Assembly (NCBI GenBank): GCA_000002445.1
Contig: CH464491.1
Coordinates: forward strand, 4,896,001 to 4,960,000
Source of the DNA: Trypanosoma brucei
Lineage: Eukaryota
Direction: 5' to 3'
Length of the DNA stretch: 64,000 nucleotides
The translations under genes were made by a program, and so were the position numbers. Within the stretch, counting starts at the first letter, position 1, and every line of letters begins with the position of its first letter. Positions 22,223 to 34,371 of this stretch are shown here, piece after piece. The notes below the pieces were generated by a model. The model saw nothing but the letters and a program-made list of their open reading frames with translations, was not told the origin of the DNA and did not search any database.

Positions 22223-23787
22223 TTAGAAAATCAAGCCCACAAATGCAGAAGAAACCACGCTGAGAGCGAATTGCTTGTTTAGGAGAAAACTACCATTTCG
22301 GCATTTCTCTGTATCCTTGTCATCCTCATTATCTTTACCCTTCCTCCATGCACAATTTTGTTTCTCGCCTGTTTTGTCACTTTCACAATCAGGCTGATTT
22401 TGGTGCCTTGCACATCCAGATGTGGTTGCAGCTCCTGCACCTGCTCCTACTGTTTTGGTTGCTTGTTGTTCTGCTGCTTTTGCTGGATCTAATGAGCACT
22501 TTTTGTTTGCATCAGTGGCATTGCCGTTCCACTTGCAGGGATCATTGCATTTTTCGCTTTTTGTATGTTTGTTGCATTCTGCTTCCGTGGGGAGCTGTTT
22601 CTTTACTACTGGGGCTGTTGTGCTGAGGACCTGGACGGGATTTTGGTATAGATAGCTGTGGACTGTTGCGTTTATTAAACGCAGCTGGGCTTCAATTGTA
22701 TGAAGTGCGCTTAGGGTTTTGTACTTGTTTTGCAGCTTCTGTGCAGTATTCACTAGGTGCTCAGCCCATGGTATCCCAGCCTTTCCTTTGGTGAAAAGCT
22801 CCGGTTTGTAGGCGGCACACTTGCCTCCATTGCTAGCTTTGTTGCCGGTGCAGCCAGCTTCGCCGGTGGTGTCTAGCTCGCCAAGTACGTAATTTTGCTT
22901 GGTGGTGCTGCCCTGCTTGTGTTTCAATTTTCCTATGAATGTCGCCAGCGCCGACGTGACCGTTGCTTCGTTTAGTTCGTGGTGCGGCGAAAACGCTTGG
23001 CAGCACTTGAGTAGGTTGTCTGCTTCGGCGAGGTAGTTTGTGTCCGCGGCCGGTGGTGTGTCCAGGTTTGTAGCGGTGCACGTGTTAACGCATGCCTTGC
23101 CGTGTGTTGCTGTGCTCGTTCCATGTTTAGCACATAAACAAGTTATGTCCAGTAGATTGAGCTGCCGGCTTTGTTGTCGGCATCGGCGCCGCTTTTGCCA
23201 CAGCTGTCTTCTCTGGTTTTGCTTGCTGGTATTGGCTTGAATTCCGCCGGTTTTGTTATGGTGCCATACAGGGCTAAGTTCTGTTCTGCCGTTACGTCGG
23301 TCATGGAAAGCTCTTTGGATTTGCTTTGTGCTACCTTAAAGAGTTCTAGCGCATGTTGAGACAAAAGTCTAACCCGGTTCGCGGTTTTCTCGGTCGGCGC
23401 TAGGGTCGCCCATAGTGCTTGAGCCTCTTTGGTTCGTGTTTTGGGAGTTGATTTGGCTTCCTTGTACAGCGGCCAGTTATTTTCCCACCCTGGTCTGTCC
23501 GCCTTTTCTTGCGCTGTTAGGCTGCTCCAATCCTTGTCCTCTAGAACGGCGTTGGTGAAGTTTTGGTCACTAACACTGAGGTTTGCTGCGAGTATGTCTA
23601 GGGTGAGTTGCTTATTTTGTGTGTCGTCAGTTATTGCTGCCGGTTGAGTTTGTGCTAAGTTAGCTAGCGCGCAGAGTGCCGAAAATGGCTCTATGTTGTC
23701 ATTGTCGGCGCTGTTAGATTGTACACGTTTTAGTGCCGATAAAGACAGTACTAGAGCTGCTATTAGAAGCAACGTCGCCATTTGCAT
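22223..23787 (-). pseudogene. VSG pseudogene (internal frameshift)
   Basis: N-domain ORF 23143-23787 (signal MQMATLLLIAALVLSLSA, SALCALANLAQT). C-terminal ORF 22223-22927 ends CRNGSFLLNKQFALSVVSSAFVGLIF. Confidence 0.8.
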
Positions 23788-24059
23788 CTGTTGGCTTTTT
23801 TACTGCGTTGAGAGAGAAAATTGTATAGTAGAGTAAGTTTGATGTTGCTCTTTTATGGGTTATGTTGTACATTAGAGGTTCTTTCGGTTATATGTTGCGG
23901 CATGCTTTCGCTGAAGAACGTGGTCTCACATTCTTAACAGTTACTTGCACTATCTTTTCACATTCTTGAATGAATAGAATCTGATATTTACCATTAGGTT
24001 CCGCTTTTCCACTACACAACGCACAATCACACCATGGCATTACGTTCTTCCCATTATCA

Positions 24060-24297
24060 CCGGACAGCAGCATCTTAGTGCGGATGATACTGCTGATGGC
24101 ACGCTGGCACGTGCCCAGGGACCGACAAATGAAAAACGGTGTCCCAGCAAGACGCTGCTGATCCCTGTGCTGCATGATGCCGTAGCCGGAGCACAGCAGT
24201 GTTCCAAAAGAGAGGAATGCTGATGACTCTTGGCTTCCCCCGATGATACGGGGTACTGGACCCTGGCACCACGTTGAGGTGGTCGGCATCGCCAGGG
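24060..24297 (-). mobile_element. Solo 5' half of RIME/ingi (about 238 bp) flanked by a 10-bp direct repeat CCCATTATCA
   Basis: The reverse complement equals ingi positions about 1-240 (CCCTGGCGATGCCGACCACCTCAACGTGG...GCTGCTGTCCGGTG). CCCATTATCA sits immediately on both sides (24050-24059 and 24300-24309). Confidence 0.7.
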
Positions 24298-26049
24298 TCC
24301 CCATTATCAATCTACCTACGCCGAATAATAATGGACAGTCTATTATTCAAAGTTCCTTGTCTTCACCAGGTAATATTATGGTTTGTCAGCAGAACAAATG
24401 CACAAAACCCACAACCTTCACCATTACATATATATCTTTTCGAGTGAAATATAAATCAAATCTCTTCTTGAGTCGTTATTTTCTGTTCGGCGGTTTCACG
24501 AATGCAGCTTTTTTACTCTTTCTTTTTCCCCTTACTTCCACTTTCTGTTGCTTCTTCTGAAGATCACGTAGTGACTCCTTTTATCCTGTACACTGCACCA
24601 TCTCCCCTCCATCATCTCCTTGTGTATGACGATGCCCATCGTCATGTTTGTGTATAGAATTGCACATATTCCATGTTTCCCTCTCTTTTCTTTTGGCTCC
24701 ATACGCTTGATTGAACAATAATAAGAATCACCATGATCTTCGTCTCACTCACTCATACTCACTCATACTCACTCAGCGCTTCTTCGCACTGCTTAACTTT
24801 AGCATTCACTATCAAATTAAAGAAACACAGTTTATATTGTCTTTGAAACTTCTTCTTACAATTTTGGGCAAAATACGCTTTTCTTTAGGTCTTTTCAGCG
24901 CTCGCCAGGGTCAAATACTAAGTTTTTTTTCGTAATCGCAGCACTTGATCGGGTAGAAAGCTCATTTTTATATTCTATATGCTTAATACTTCATTTTGAG
25001 CATGGATGATAGACGGACTGAGGAGACGCTTTTGTTGCTGTTTTATTAGAGACTCCGTTCATTTGAATTTTATTTCCTTTTTTTTCCATTTAAATTGTTG
25101 TGCTTGTCACCCGGCCGTGCTTATTTCTTTTCTTTCAAATTATCGATACAGAAAGCTGTAGTGGGAGAAATACTGGTAAGAAGTACTGATTCTAGTACTC
25201 CTGCCACAAGAAAGAATGGACTCAATTTTATTAAACGTCAGTGATATCGTTTTAATATACCAAATATGATACTTAAGTTAACTTTTTAAATCTTTACTTG
25301 AATCTGTAAAATAAAGAATTTCTTGCTTCTATCTAATACCTTTGCTAATTCACCCAGGTGTGGAGTCATTAAGAGTTAGTGTTTATACTCTATATTGTGA
25401 GTTAATAAAGCTCTTACTTTAAACTTTTATCTTCTGCTTATGCCTTTGTGTCGTTCACTGCCGTCTTTTTAAAAAAATTCTATTAGTTTTGTGTGTTGTC
25501 ATAAGTTTTTTCGCAATAAGTAGCTACGCCATTTGCCGTATCTTCTTTTTACTGCTTAGTAACAATAACAGATGCATTTATATAAACCTATATCATTGTC
25601 TTCTTTACTCACTGCTATTAACTGTTTTATATACATAATAGCGCCTCAAATAAAAATAATGAATTTTTCAAATAATTTCTTGGAGCATGTTAGAAAAAAT
25701 GCTCTTAGTCGGGTTTAACTTGTAATCCTTCCTTTTGTTAGCTACAATGAGTTTGTTTAGTCTTTAAAGTGCACAGTGATCTCCATTTTCGGTCGATCCA
25801 TTATCTTTTTGTAAATTGTAACCATAATTGCTTTATTTTTGTATGAAATGCCACATATTGCATTAACATTTACTTCTCGATGACCTGATGCTGTTTCTTT
25901 TAATAATATCCCTCGTACATCGTCTATTTCACACTTACTATTACACTCATTCACTTAGTTCCATTACTCACTTGTTCCCATTGCATCTTCTTCATTGTTT
26001 GAAGGGCTCCTTTTTTAGCGACCCTAGGGTCTACAGCATTACTACTTTC

Positions 26050-26259
26050 ATTATAATATTCGTATATACACGCTCACAACACTCTCCTATTATCATTATC
26101 ATTACTATCATCATTATTATTATTACTGCTCTTATTATAATATTCGTATATACGCATACTCACAACACTCTCCTATTATCATTATCATTACTATCATCAT
26201 TATTATTATTACTGCTCTTATTATAATATTCGTATATACGCATACTCACAACACTCTTC

Positions 26260-26310
<51 letters not shown>

Positions 26311-26353
26311 ATAACCTTATTATTATTATTATTATTATTATTTATTATTATTA

Positions 26354-26388
<35 letters not shown>

Positions 26389-26400
26389 TATTATTATTAT
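26050..26400 (-). repeat. 70-bp repeats (3 units, reverse) with long (ATT)n tract
   Basis: TTATAATATTCGTATATACGCATACTCACAACACTCTCCTATTATCATTATCATT occurs three times, then (TTA)n from 26250 to 26400. Confidence 0.85.
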
Positions 26401-26577
26401 TACCACAACAAATATCCAGATAACGAAAAGAATAATAAAATTAAAATAGCACTCATTTTTAATACCATGCAACCCTACTACTAATTTGAACTAGTAGGCC
26501 ACTATCATACCATAATTTATATTTTCAGACTTCTATAAATTTCACCAGTTTGCACATTTTTCAAAGGTTGTACGAAA

Positions 26578-26593
26578 ATGTTAAAATATATCA
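26578..26593 (-). promoter_or_regulatory. VSG 3'UTR 16-mer (15 of 16 matches)
   Basis: ATGTTAAAATATATCA on +. Confidence 0.7.
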
Positions 26594-26665
26594 AATGCTA
26601 AGAAAACACATAAAACAGAAATTGCTTATGAATTTCGTAAAATTGAGCAAAAAAAGACTAAAATA

Positions 26666-28231
26666 CTAAAATCCTACAAAACTTATAAAAGCAGCAACCA
26701 TAGTCAGGTCCAAGTGTTTGTTTACTAGAATAGAGGAATCCTGGCACTTGTCTTCGATCCATCCGCAAACTTTTTTCTTGCCAGGGGTTGGAGTTCCTTG
26801 GACTGCCTCGCATTCTGTCTGGTTCTGAATTGTGCTGCACACAGGTTTGCCAGTATTACCCCCGTTCCTCTTTTCTTCTGTTTTGTCTTCTGAGTCTGAT
26901 TTCTTGGAAGGATCAACCGCTGCTTGTTCTCCTGAGCTTTTTGTTGCTTCCGCTTTTGAGGCTTGGCCAGCAAAAAATGCAATGGCGATGCCGGCGTTAT
27001 TTGACTTTGCGATTTTGTTTGCTTCTTCTTTTTGTTCTTTGCCTTTGCCGGCAAAGGATAGTTTGTTTGCCGAAAGCGGCTTAATGAAGTCGTCTTCGAT
27101 GGCTGAGTCTTTCGTGCCGAACACCACTTTGAGAAATTCTTCTGCCTTAGTCTTGTCTATTTCTGTCGCTGTAGCAGCTAGTAAGCCTTGCCCTTTCATA
27201 GCAGCCAGTGTGTAGCTTGCATGCTGTCCGTCGGATTTAAAATCTGCTAGCTTAGCATCTAGTGCCGAGCTGGTTATTGTTAATGTCGCCTTTTGTGCTT
27301 CACAGACGGCATGCAAAACCGCTGTTTTAGCGTCGAGATACGGTCCTTTGTCTGTTGTCGGTTGGACACACTCTTGTGAATTCTCCGAGGTGAATAAGCT
27401 GTTCGGTGCCATTTCTGGTGCATGCGGTTTGGGAATTATTATGGCACCTATGGCGTTAGTTCCGCCGATGTTTCCGTTGTTGTAGGTTGGAGAATCGTTG
27501 CTGCAGTAGGGGGTGCCTGCTGCTGTGCTTGCTGTGTTTGTTACTGTGCCCTTCCAGAATGCGTAGATGTCTGCTTGTAGCTCGTCTGTATACTTTTGCG
27601 TCGGGTACGGCAGTTTCGTTAGGTCGGTTAAGGTTATCTTGTCTGCACCTAGCTTGTCTTCGCCTTCCGGTGGGAATTGGCACAGCGGCGTCGCTGCTTG
27701 TTGTGTTTGGCCTGTATATGTGCAGGTCACGGCCGCGCTCCCCGTAATGGTCGCTACCGCCGTGCCTTTTGTGGGTGTAGCCGTCATTTTTTGGTGTCTG
27801 TTTTGCATCCTGAGTAGTGTCGTGAGAGTTGCCGACAGATTAGCCAGTTTTTGTGTTGCTGCCGTCATCGGGCGTTTCGCCTGTTGTATGCTTGCTGCCT
27901 GTTGGGCCAGGCGATCAGTCGCTAGCGCTAAAAGTATGCCGTAGCCGATCTTCTTGTGTCCGTTTGCTGTCGAAATGTAGGCCAACTGAAGTTGTTCCGC
28001 TTGGTTCTCCAGGTTGAGCCTGTTTTCTTCGCCCCTGCTTAACAGCCCGCGAATGTGGTCTGACAGTTTGTCTAAGTACCATATTGCTTTGCACGGGTCT
28101 GTTGCTGCCGCTGCTGCCCGGTCAGCTGTGGGCGATGCCAGTCCTAGGGTTTTGGCAGCGACTACAAGGCCTGCAATTGCTGTTAGTGTTTGTGCCTTGA
28201 TTTGCCCTGCCGCTTTGCTGCGTTGGGCCAT
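26666..28231 (-). CDS. Variant surface glycoprotein (VSG), apparently intact 521-aa ORF
   Basis: Uninterrupted ORF with a hydrophobic N-terminal signal region. Cys-rich C-terminal domain (CSTIQNQTECEAVQG...KKVCGWIEDKCQDSSILVNKHLDLTMVAAFISFVGF) with a GPI signal. Confidence 0.8.
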   Translation of the reverse strand: MAQRSKAAGQIKAQTLTAIAGLVVAAKTLGLASPTADRAAAAATDPCKAIWYLDKLSDHIRGLLSRGEENRLNLENQAEQLQLAYISTANGHKKIGYGILLALATDRLAQQAASIQQAKRPMTAATQKLANLSATLTTLLRMQNRHQKMTATPTKGTAVATITGSAAVTCTYTGQTQQAATPLCQFPPEGEDKLGADKITLTDLTKLPYPTQKYTDELQADIYAFWKGTVTNTASTAAGTPYCSNDSPTYNNGNIGGTNAIGAIIIPKPHAPEMAPNSLFTSENSQECVQPTTDKGPYLDAKTAVLHAVCEAQKATLTITSSALDAKLADFKSDGQHASYTLAAMKGQGLLAATATEIDKTKAEEFLKVVFGTKDSAIEDDFIKPLSANKLSFAGKGKEQKEEANKIAKSNNAGIAIAFFAGQASKAEATKSSGEQAAVDPSKKSDSEDKTEEKRNGGNTGKPVCSTIQNQTECEAVQGTPTPGKKKVCGWIEDKCQDSSILVNKHLDLTMVAAFISFVGF

Positions 28232-29659
28232 TCTTCCTTGACTGCTATCTCCTCGATGCTTACAGCGCAGATGGGGAAGTAAGTAAGCGAATCAATTCAG
28301 CTGCGTCTGCGACGGTGTGTGCCGTGCCGTGGGCCTCCACAAAGTATAATGGCTGTTATGGCTTGAGAAATGGCTGTGAGGGTTTTGCAACTACACTTTT
28401 GGTGTCCCCCATTGCTTTTAAAATTAATCTCACCACAACTTTGCCTTCCATTTGCTTCCTTCTTCCTCTAGTCCTACACTCTCTCTAAGTTAAACTCATT
28501 CAGTTTCACACACTTCTATGTCGTATCACTGTAGAAACATTTGCACGTCACCATGGTGTGGAGTACCAGATAAGCAAATAGTTTACCAGCTTCTGTAATT
28601 CATCGCTGACTGATGTACAGTTGCTTTCCACTTTGGCTCCATTTCTCTTTTCATGCTCAATTGCAGTTTATGATTTATGGCTACTGCCAATTTCTTCTGT
28701 ACTTGCAGTTCGTAAATTTTGTGTGCATTTGAATTCGCTTTGTGTGTATATGATCTTGTTGGTTTGGGTTATACTGCTGCTGGACTGCTTTGATTTGGCA
28801 CACCTTTTTAGTGCAGAACCAATCATTAACTGGAGACAAATTTCTTTGGCATACAAAACCCAACTTCCATTCATATTCAATATTCCAACATATCGTTAAA
28901 CCTGATTCATAAAATCCCCATGTATACTCAGGCATGCCAGTCCTTTATTGATCCAAATTGTTGAAAACTCTCTATACCTATACATACAACCTTTATTTAT
29001 GTTGTTGGATTCTATTTTATCTACAAATTCGTCTATGCTTTTTTGCTTGTGGAACAACAAAGTAACGGCGTTTCCTCTCCCACAGCTGCTGCGGCTAGTT
29101 CCTACTGTCAGCGTCTTCTATGTTTTGGTGTGGTTACTTAAGGTTCGGCAATTTGAGTCCATAAAGTGTTTTTGTGCTGCTTTACTTCTATAAATACTTA
29201 CTATTAGATGCATATCAGCCACATCTCTTTAATGATTTACTCTTTCCTTGAAATGCTCTAGAGGCTAGCCAGCATACCAAGACAAAATTGGCAAAGTGTC
29301 ACTTCTAATTCTCTGCACTTCATATAGAGTCCTCGTAAAGGTTCATGTTCGCGTTTTCTTGTTCTTTTCCTGCCTCTTTCTTTACACTTTGGTCAGAAGC
29401 AGCTCCTTATCCTGCCGTTGTGTGAAACGTAGCAGCCACATTTGCTGTGGCTGCCGGGTGCTGGCTGTCTCTGGCCAGAGTTACCATATTAATAGCGGTG
29501 ACACTTATTTGTGCACGTCTATTCCTAAAAGTGAGTATAGTCTACCTGATCCTCTGCATCTTCTTCATAATAATATTTCTAGTGGCTGCCGATCATTATT
29601 TCTCACTACTTAACCTCAATTTACCATACAACTGTTTTAAGTATTTTGGATCTAAACTT

Positions 29660-29760
29660 ATCATAAATTCTTTTCTGTAATGTTAGTATATACAGACTCC
29701 CAACAATTTTATATTATTAACATTACTATTATAACCTTAATTAATATCCATTACATAAGC
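29660..29760 (-). repeat. Degenerate 70-bp repeat remnant (reverse)
   Basis: GTATATACAGACTCCCAACAATTTTATATTATTAACATTACTATTATAACC. Confidence 0.3.
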
Positions 29761-29949
29761 AAAAACATTATATCAATCACTTTGCATATCTTATCACTAT
29801 ACTACCTTTACACCCAAAAGCCAATATCATACCAAGATGTCATACTTTTCTCAAAAAATCATATTTTACAAAAGTGTTAATTTTGTAATATTTCACTAAA
29901 TTCTCTCAATGTAGAAATTTTTATAAAAGTGAGCAAAAAATCTTCAAAA

Positions 29950-30410
29950 ATCCTTAAAATAATAAAATAATACCAAACTCACAAAAGAAGCAGCCATCAT
30001 GGCCAATTTCTTATTGGCGAAGAAACTAAAAGAGGGGCATTTAACCTTTTCTTTTTCATCATCGTTATCTTTCCCACTTCTCCATCCACAATTTCGCTTG
30101 CCATCTGTTTTGTCATTTTCACAAGCGGTTTTATCTTTGTGCGCTGCACACCCGGTTGCAGCTCCTGGTCCTTCTCCTGCTGGGGTTTCTTGTTACACTT
30201 TTTTCCATTCATTTTGCAGTGTTTTCCATCTTTTTCGTCAGGGCCTTCCCATTTGCAGTTTCCATTCTTTCTCCAATCAGCTGCTTTTGTTAATCCTTCG
30301 CATTCTTTGTCGGGGGATCGTGGCTGAAGCTGCATAAGCTTTGCCGGCTCTATAATGGTGCTCGCCACATCGGCGATGCTCAGGCGGGTGGAGTTAAAAA
30401 AAATCATTTA
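29950..30410 (-). pseudogene. Orphan VSG C-terminal-domain fragment
   Basis: ORF 29997-30407: ...DKECEGLTKAADWRKNGNCKWEGPDEKDGKHCK... The tail FFANKKLAMMAASFVSL is in another frame. No N-domain. Confidence 0.6.
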
Positions 30411-31000
30411 TATGCGCCGTAGCCGAGCCTCCGGCTGATGCAACCGAAAACAAAGAAAAAAAATGAATTCCAAAAATTTCAAAGGTTAAAAAAGGCCATA
30501 AAAGGGGAAAAAACGCGGAAACGAAAAAAAAAGGTAAAAAATAAAAAAATGATCGAAAAGAACCAAAAAAATAAAATATCGCCGCGGGGCTAATAAAAAA
30601 ATTACAAAACTCAAAAAAATTAAAAATTGAATGTGTAACAAAAAAATGTTAAAAAACTTAAAATTAAAAAAATGACTAAAAAAAATGGTAAAGTAAAAAA
30701 CATTGAAATTAAAATTTAAAAACTCGAAATGTTTTTTAAAAATCAAGAATGTTAAAAAATTTTTAACACTAAAAAAAATCAATAACAAAATTGAAAGCCG
30801 CTTGTAGAAAAACCAAGCCAAAAAACAAAAAAACTCGATGACGCAAGATATAAACAGCCAAAAAACCGTAGAAATTTGTCAAAAAGAGGGGGGGAGAATT
30901 GAGTCGGTGACGTTGGTGAAAAAAAATGTCAAAAGTGTAAAAATCAAAAATTTCTCGAAAAGGAACACAAAAAAGAAAAATTAAACGCCGCTGCTAAGCC
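30410..31000. repeat. Low-complexity A-rich tract (T-rich on the VSG sense strand)
   Basis: About 600 bp of AAAAAAT/G-type low complexity. The ORFs it yields (poly-F/K) are artefacts. Confidence 0.7.
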
Positions 31001-31004
31001 GCAA

Positions 31005-31195
31005 ACTCATAGGGATTAGGGTGCGCATAACAAAGCAGCCGTCGCTCCATTAAAATTTTGAAAAAGATCTAAAGCCGCGCCGTTTCGCTGCTAGAAAAAA
31101 ATTAGTATCAGGGGAAATAACCCTACCCTAAGCCTGGAAACACTCCCTAACCTACCTACCAACTTCCTACCTCCCTACCCACCTCCTCTCCTGCC
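31005..31195 (-). repeat. Telomere-hexamer-bounded element, copy 2
   Basis: CATAGGGATTAGGGTGCGCATAACAAAGCAGCCGTCGCTCCATTAAAATTTT...CGCTGCTAGAAAAAAATT...AATAACCCTACCCTAAGCC, then a CCTA-rich tail. Confidence 0.6.
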
Positions 31196-31317
31196 TCGTT
31201 GCACAAAAAATTCAAAAAGAAAAAAATGGGAAAAATTCTTTTATTTGTTAGAAAAAAATTTACAGAATCAGAAACTTACTACCAGGAAACACATACAATA
31301 TCCTTGACTGGTTTTAC

Positions 31318-31333
31318 GTGTTAAAATATATCA
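31318..31333 (-). promoter_or_regulatory. VSG 3'UTR 16-mer (exact)
   Basis: GTGTTAAAATATATCA on +, 8 bp from the VSG stop at 31341. Confidence 0.8.
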
Positions 31334-31340
31334 GAAGTTT

Positions 31341-33071
31341 TCAAATAGCAATAATTTTTAGCAAAGGAGAAAAAGAGGGGAAAATTGTTTTAAACAGCAA
31401 GGCTACAAAAGCAGCAGAAACCACGGTGAGGGCGAATTTCTTGGTTAGTAGAAAACTACCATTTCGGCATTTTTCTGTATCCTTGTCATCTTCATTATCT
31501 TTACCTTTTCTCCATGCACAATTTTGTTTATCACCTGTTTTGTCATTTTCACAAGCGGCTTTATCACTGCCGTGTCTTGCACATCCAGATGTAGCTGCTG
31601 CTGCTCCTGAAGCTCCATCTCCTGCCCCTTGGTTTGCCTGTCCTTCTCCATCTTTAGGTTTGCATGTTCCACCTGTTTCAGTTTTTCCATCCCATTTGCA
31701 GTTATTTTCTGTACATGTGGTGTTTGTTTCATGTTTGCTGCAAGTTTTTTTACCGTGCTCGACTGGGTTGCCGTCACTGCCGGCAGGTTTGCTGGTTTCT
31801 ACTGTCCTTGAGGCGGCAGCTTTTAGTTCTGCCCTTGCCGCAGCCTGGATGTTGGTTAACTCCCTTGTGAGCTCTGCGTTCTGTAACATTACTGCTTCGG
31901 CAGCATCTAGTTTGTCTGCCGCCGACAGTAGTTTTGCTTCCCACGGTAGTTGACCATTGCCGTCGGTTAGGTGCGGTGCGTAGTCGACACAGACCCCGTT
32001 GTCCGAGCTGCCGTTGCACTTGCCATCGGTATGCGGTTTGCCCAGGACGTACATGGCTGGTCCGGTTGATGCCGCCGCTGCTTGGGCCCCGATTAGCGTT
32101 GTAAAGCTATTTAGCTGTTGTCGGATAATCTGTCCTGTTATGCCGCTGGGTGGCTTTTTGAGGCCGCAACCGTTTTTCAATTTTGTGTATTCGGTGGCGG
32201 TGGTTGTTTTGCCGCTACCGTCTCCTACTGTCTTTATGCTTATTCCATGTTTGCAAATGTTGTTGCCGTTGGTCCTGGTTTTCGCCGCTATACAGATCCA
32301 CATTAAGTCGTGGCTTACTGAGATTGCTATTTTTTCCTTGGTTGCGCCGGCTGATTTGCAGTGCTCATCGATGTTAGTTTCAAGTTTCGCCTGCTCAAAC
32401 TTGTTGTTGCCGTCGCCGTACAGTGCTTCCAAGATAAGCGTCTTTGCGTTGTCCGTTTCTGTGTTCGCTGATACCGCGTTGGCCTGGATGTGCTCTAGGA
32501 TTGCCTTGGCGCGTTCGTGAATTTTACTAATGAAGGCGTTGGCTGCTGCTTTGGCCTCTGGGTTTTGCGGCATCGGGTAAGCTGCTTTTTGTGGATTGCC
32601 TGTTTTGGCGGCTATAGCTTCCAGGTTTTGTTTTCATTGTTTTATTTGTTCGAGTTTTTGGTCGTCTTTCGTCGGCGAAAGTTCACCGTCTTTGTTCGTC
32701 TTGAACGATTCCGTTGCCGTCGTCAGGTTGAGGAGAAATATGTCGTTGACAATTGCCGCTGCTGTTCTCGTGTCTAGTGTTATTGACAGGTCAGGCGCAC
32801 CTTTTCCGAGACTGAGAAGGTCACAGAGCGCTTTGTATTCCCCAGCATTTCTGTTTGTTGCGGACACCGTTAAGGCAGCTCCAAATAGACACAGTGCGCC
32901 GAGTACTTTGCTCATGTTTGTGGTTCGAAGTTCATTTTTTCGCAGATCCATCTTTGTTTGTCGTATTGGCTTAGATATGTGCTGTGCGCGCATAAGGGTG
33001 ATTTGCGTCATGTGGTGAAAAAGGGCGTAGAACAGCATACAGGACATTAAGTACTCGGTGATTTTTGACAT
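31341..33071 (-). pseudogene. VSG, near-intact (single frameshift around 32573-32634)
   Basis: Signal MSKVLGALCLFGAALTVSA plus the N-domain start (32634-33071). The rest is in a second frame (31341-32573) and ends DKQNCAWRKGKDNEDDKDTEKCRNGSFLLTKKFALTVVSAAFVALLF. Confidence 0.75.
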
Positions 33072-33299
33072 TTTAGTTTTACTCCCTGACAGCCTGGCTA
33101 CGAGTAATTAGGTTGCGTACTGGGGCCCCGATGTTCCTTGTCTGTATGGCAGGAAGTGTTGGCCTTTCTTCAGAATTTCTTAGTTTTAACCAAACCCCTC
33201 TGTCAGCCGCTTCACCACAGATACTCCCAGATTCAAAATCCTATTTTTTCCATCTATTGCATATTTTTGAAACGTTTTCAAAGAGTTCGTACTAAACCC

Positions 33300-34140
33300 C
33301 CTTCCTTCCAACTGTTCACACCAAATAATTTTTTTTTACAATCATCTTAGCTTTCCCTTTCCACGCAATTGATTTTCCAGGAAAATGAATAAATGGAGAC
33401 TCTCCAACCACTTTACTATTTAGAATAGAAAAGAATCTCTCCTCATAATTCAATCCAATCATTCCTATCCTCAAAACTAATCTTTGCCTAACAGCTTATT
33501 TTCGAATTGCACATCAAATGAGAAAAAGTTTGCATATACTTTGATCTGACCACCACTCCTCGCTTCCTTAGTATTTCATTAAATGCATGTTCAAAACTTT
33601 TAAAAGCCCACACTCCTGCTGTTAAACCACCACCATTGAGATAAGGTTTGCCACTAGGAGTTGATATTAGTAAATTAGTTAATTTTTCATTCTCTTCTAT
33701 CCTGTTTCCAACATTAAAAAACTAATAACATCTCTCCACACACTCTTTGTGATACGAATTCATAACCAAATCTAACTGAGGAGCATAACATTCTGATGTT
33801 GTCATGAATATAATAGGGGAAATGTGATTCTCTTTTGCTATATCTTCTTCACTAAACTTCTCTTCATTTTCCGCACTATTTTCTATAAAATATTCCACAC
33901 ATTTTCATATTTTTCTCCGTCACTAACTATAACATCAGATCTATCCAAATGAATTTAAATATCCTCATGACTTGTATTATGGCTTTTCAAAAATTTCAGA
34001 ACCCATCTAGGCCATTTGATATGACTGTACAAACCCCTCATTTCAATTGTGATAATTTCAATATTACTTAGTTTGGCACTCAACACGAGTCTACACCATC
34101 CTTGATTTGCATGAGTTTGAACTACAACTGCAAACACTCT
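33300..34140 (-). pseudogene. Conserved hypothetical ORF family (partner of the glycosyltransferase pseudogene), frameshifted
   Basis: MFAVVVQTHANQGWCRLVLSAKLSNIEIITIEMRGLYSHIKWPRWVLKFL...STPSGKPYLNGGGLTAGVWAFKSFEHAFNE. Homologous to 52616-53500 (VFAVLVQSHEIQGWCRLILSAKLSDVEIITVEMGGLYSNVKRPRWVMEFL; PPSGNPYLGVCGLIARVWAFGKFEYAFGE). Function not recognised. Confidence 0.35.
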
Positions 34141-34371
34141 GTAGTTTTTTATTTTAACCTTGCAGTTAAAGCGGTAGAAGAACCACTAACAATGACAAAA
34201 GGGTGGTACTAGCCTTGACCGGTCCTTTGAAGTTAGATAAAGAGGGTCGGAAGGGATAGTAGCATGGTAAAAGCTGGTAGTTCTATAGCGGTCATGTTTT
34301 CATATAGATATCAGTGGCTGATTGTCCATGTTTTTTTAATTTTTTGTTTATGTTAAATTAAAAACGCCGCG

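Noticed and set aside
24740-24780. Short tandem CTCACTCATA x2 repeat
   Set aside because: Only two units; too short to be meaningful.
30486-30821. ORF 30486-30821 (F/K/N-rich) and neighbouring small ORFs
   Set aside because: Falls in the A-rich low-complexity spacer; a compositional artefact.
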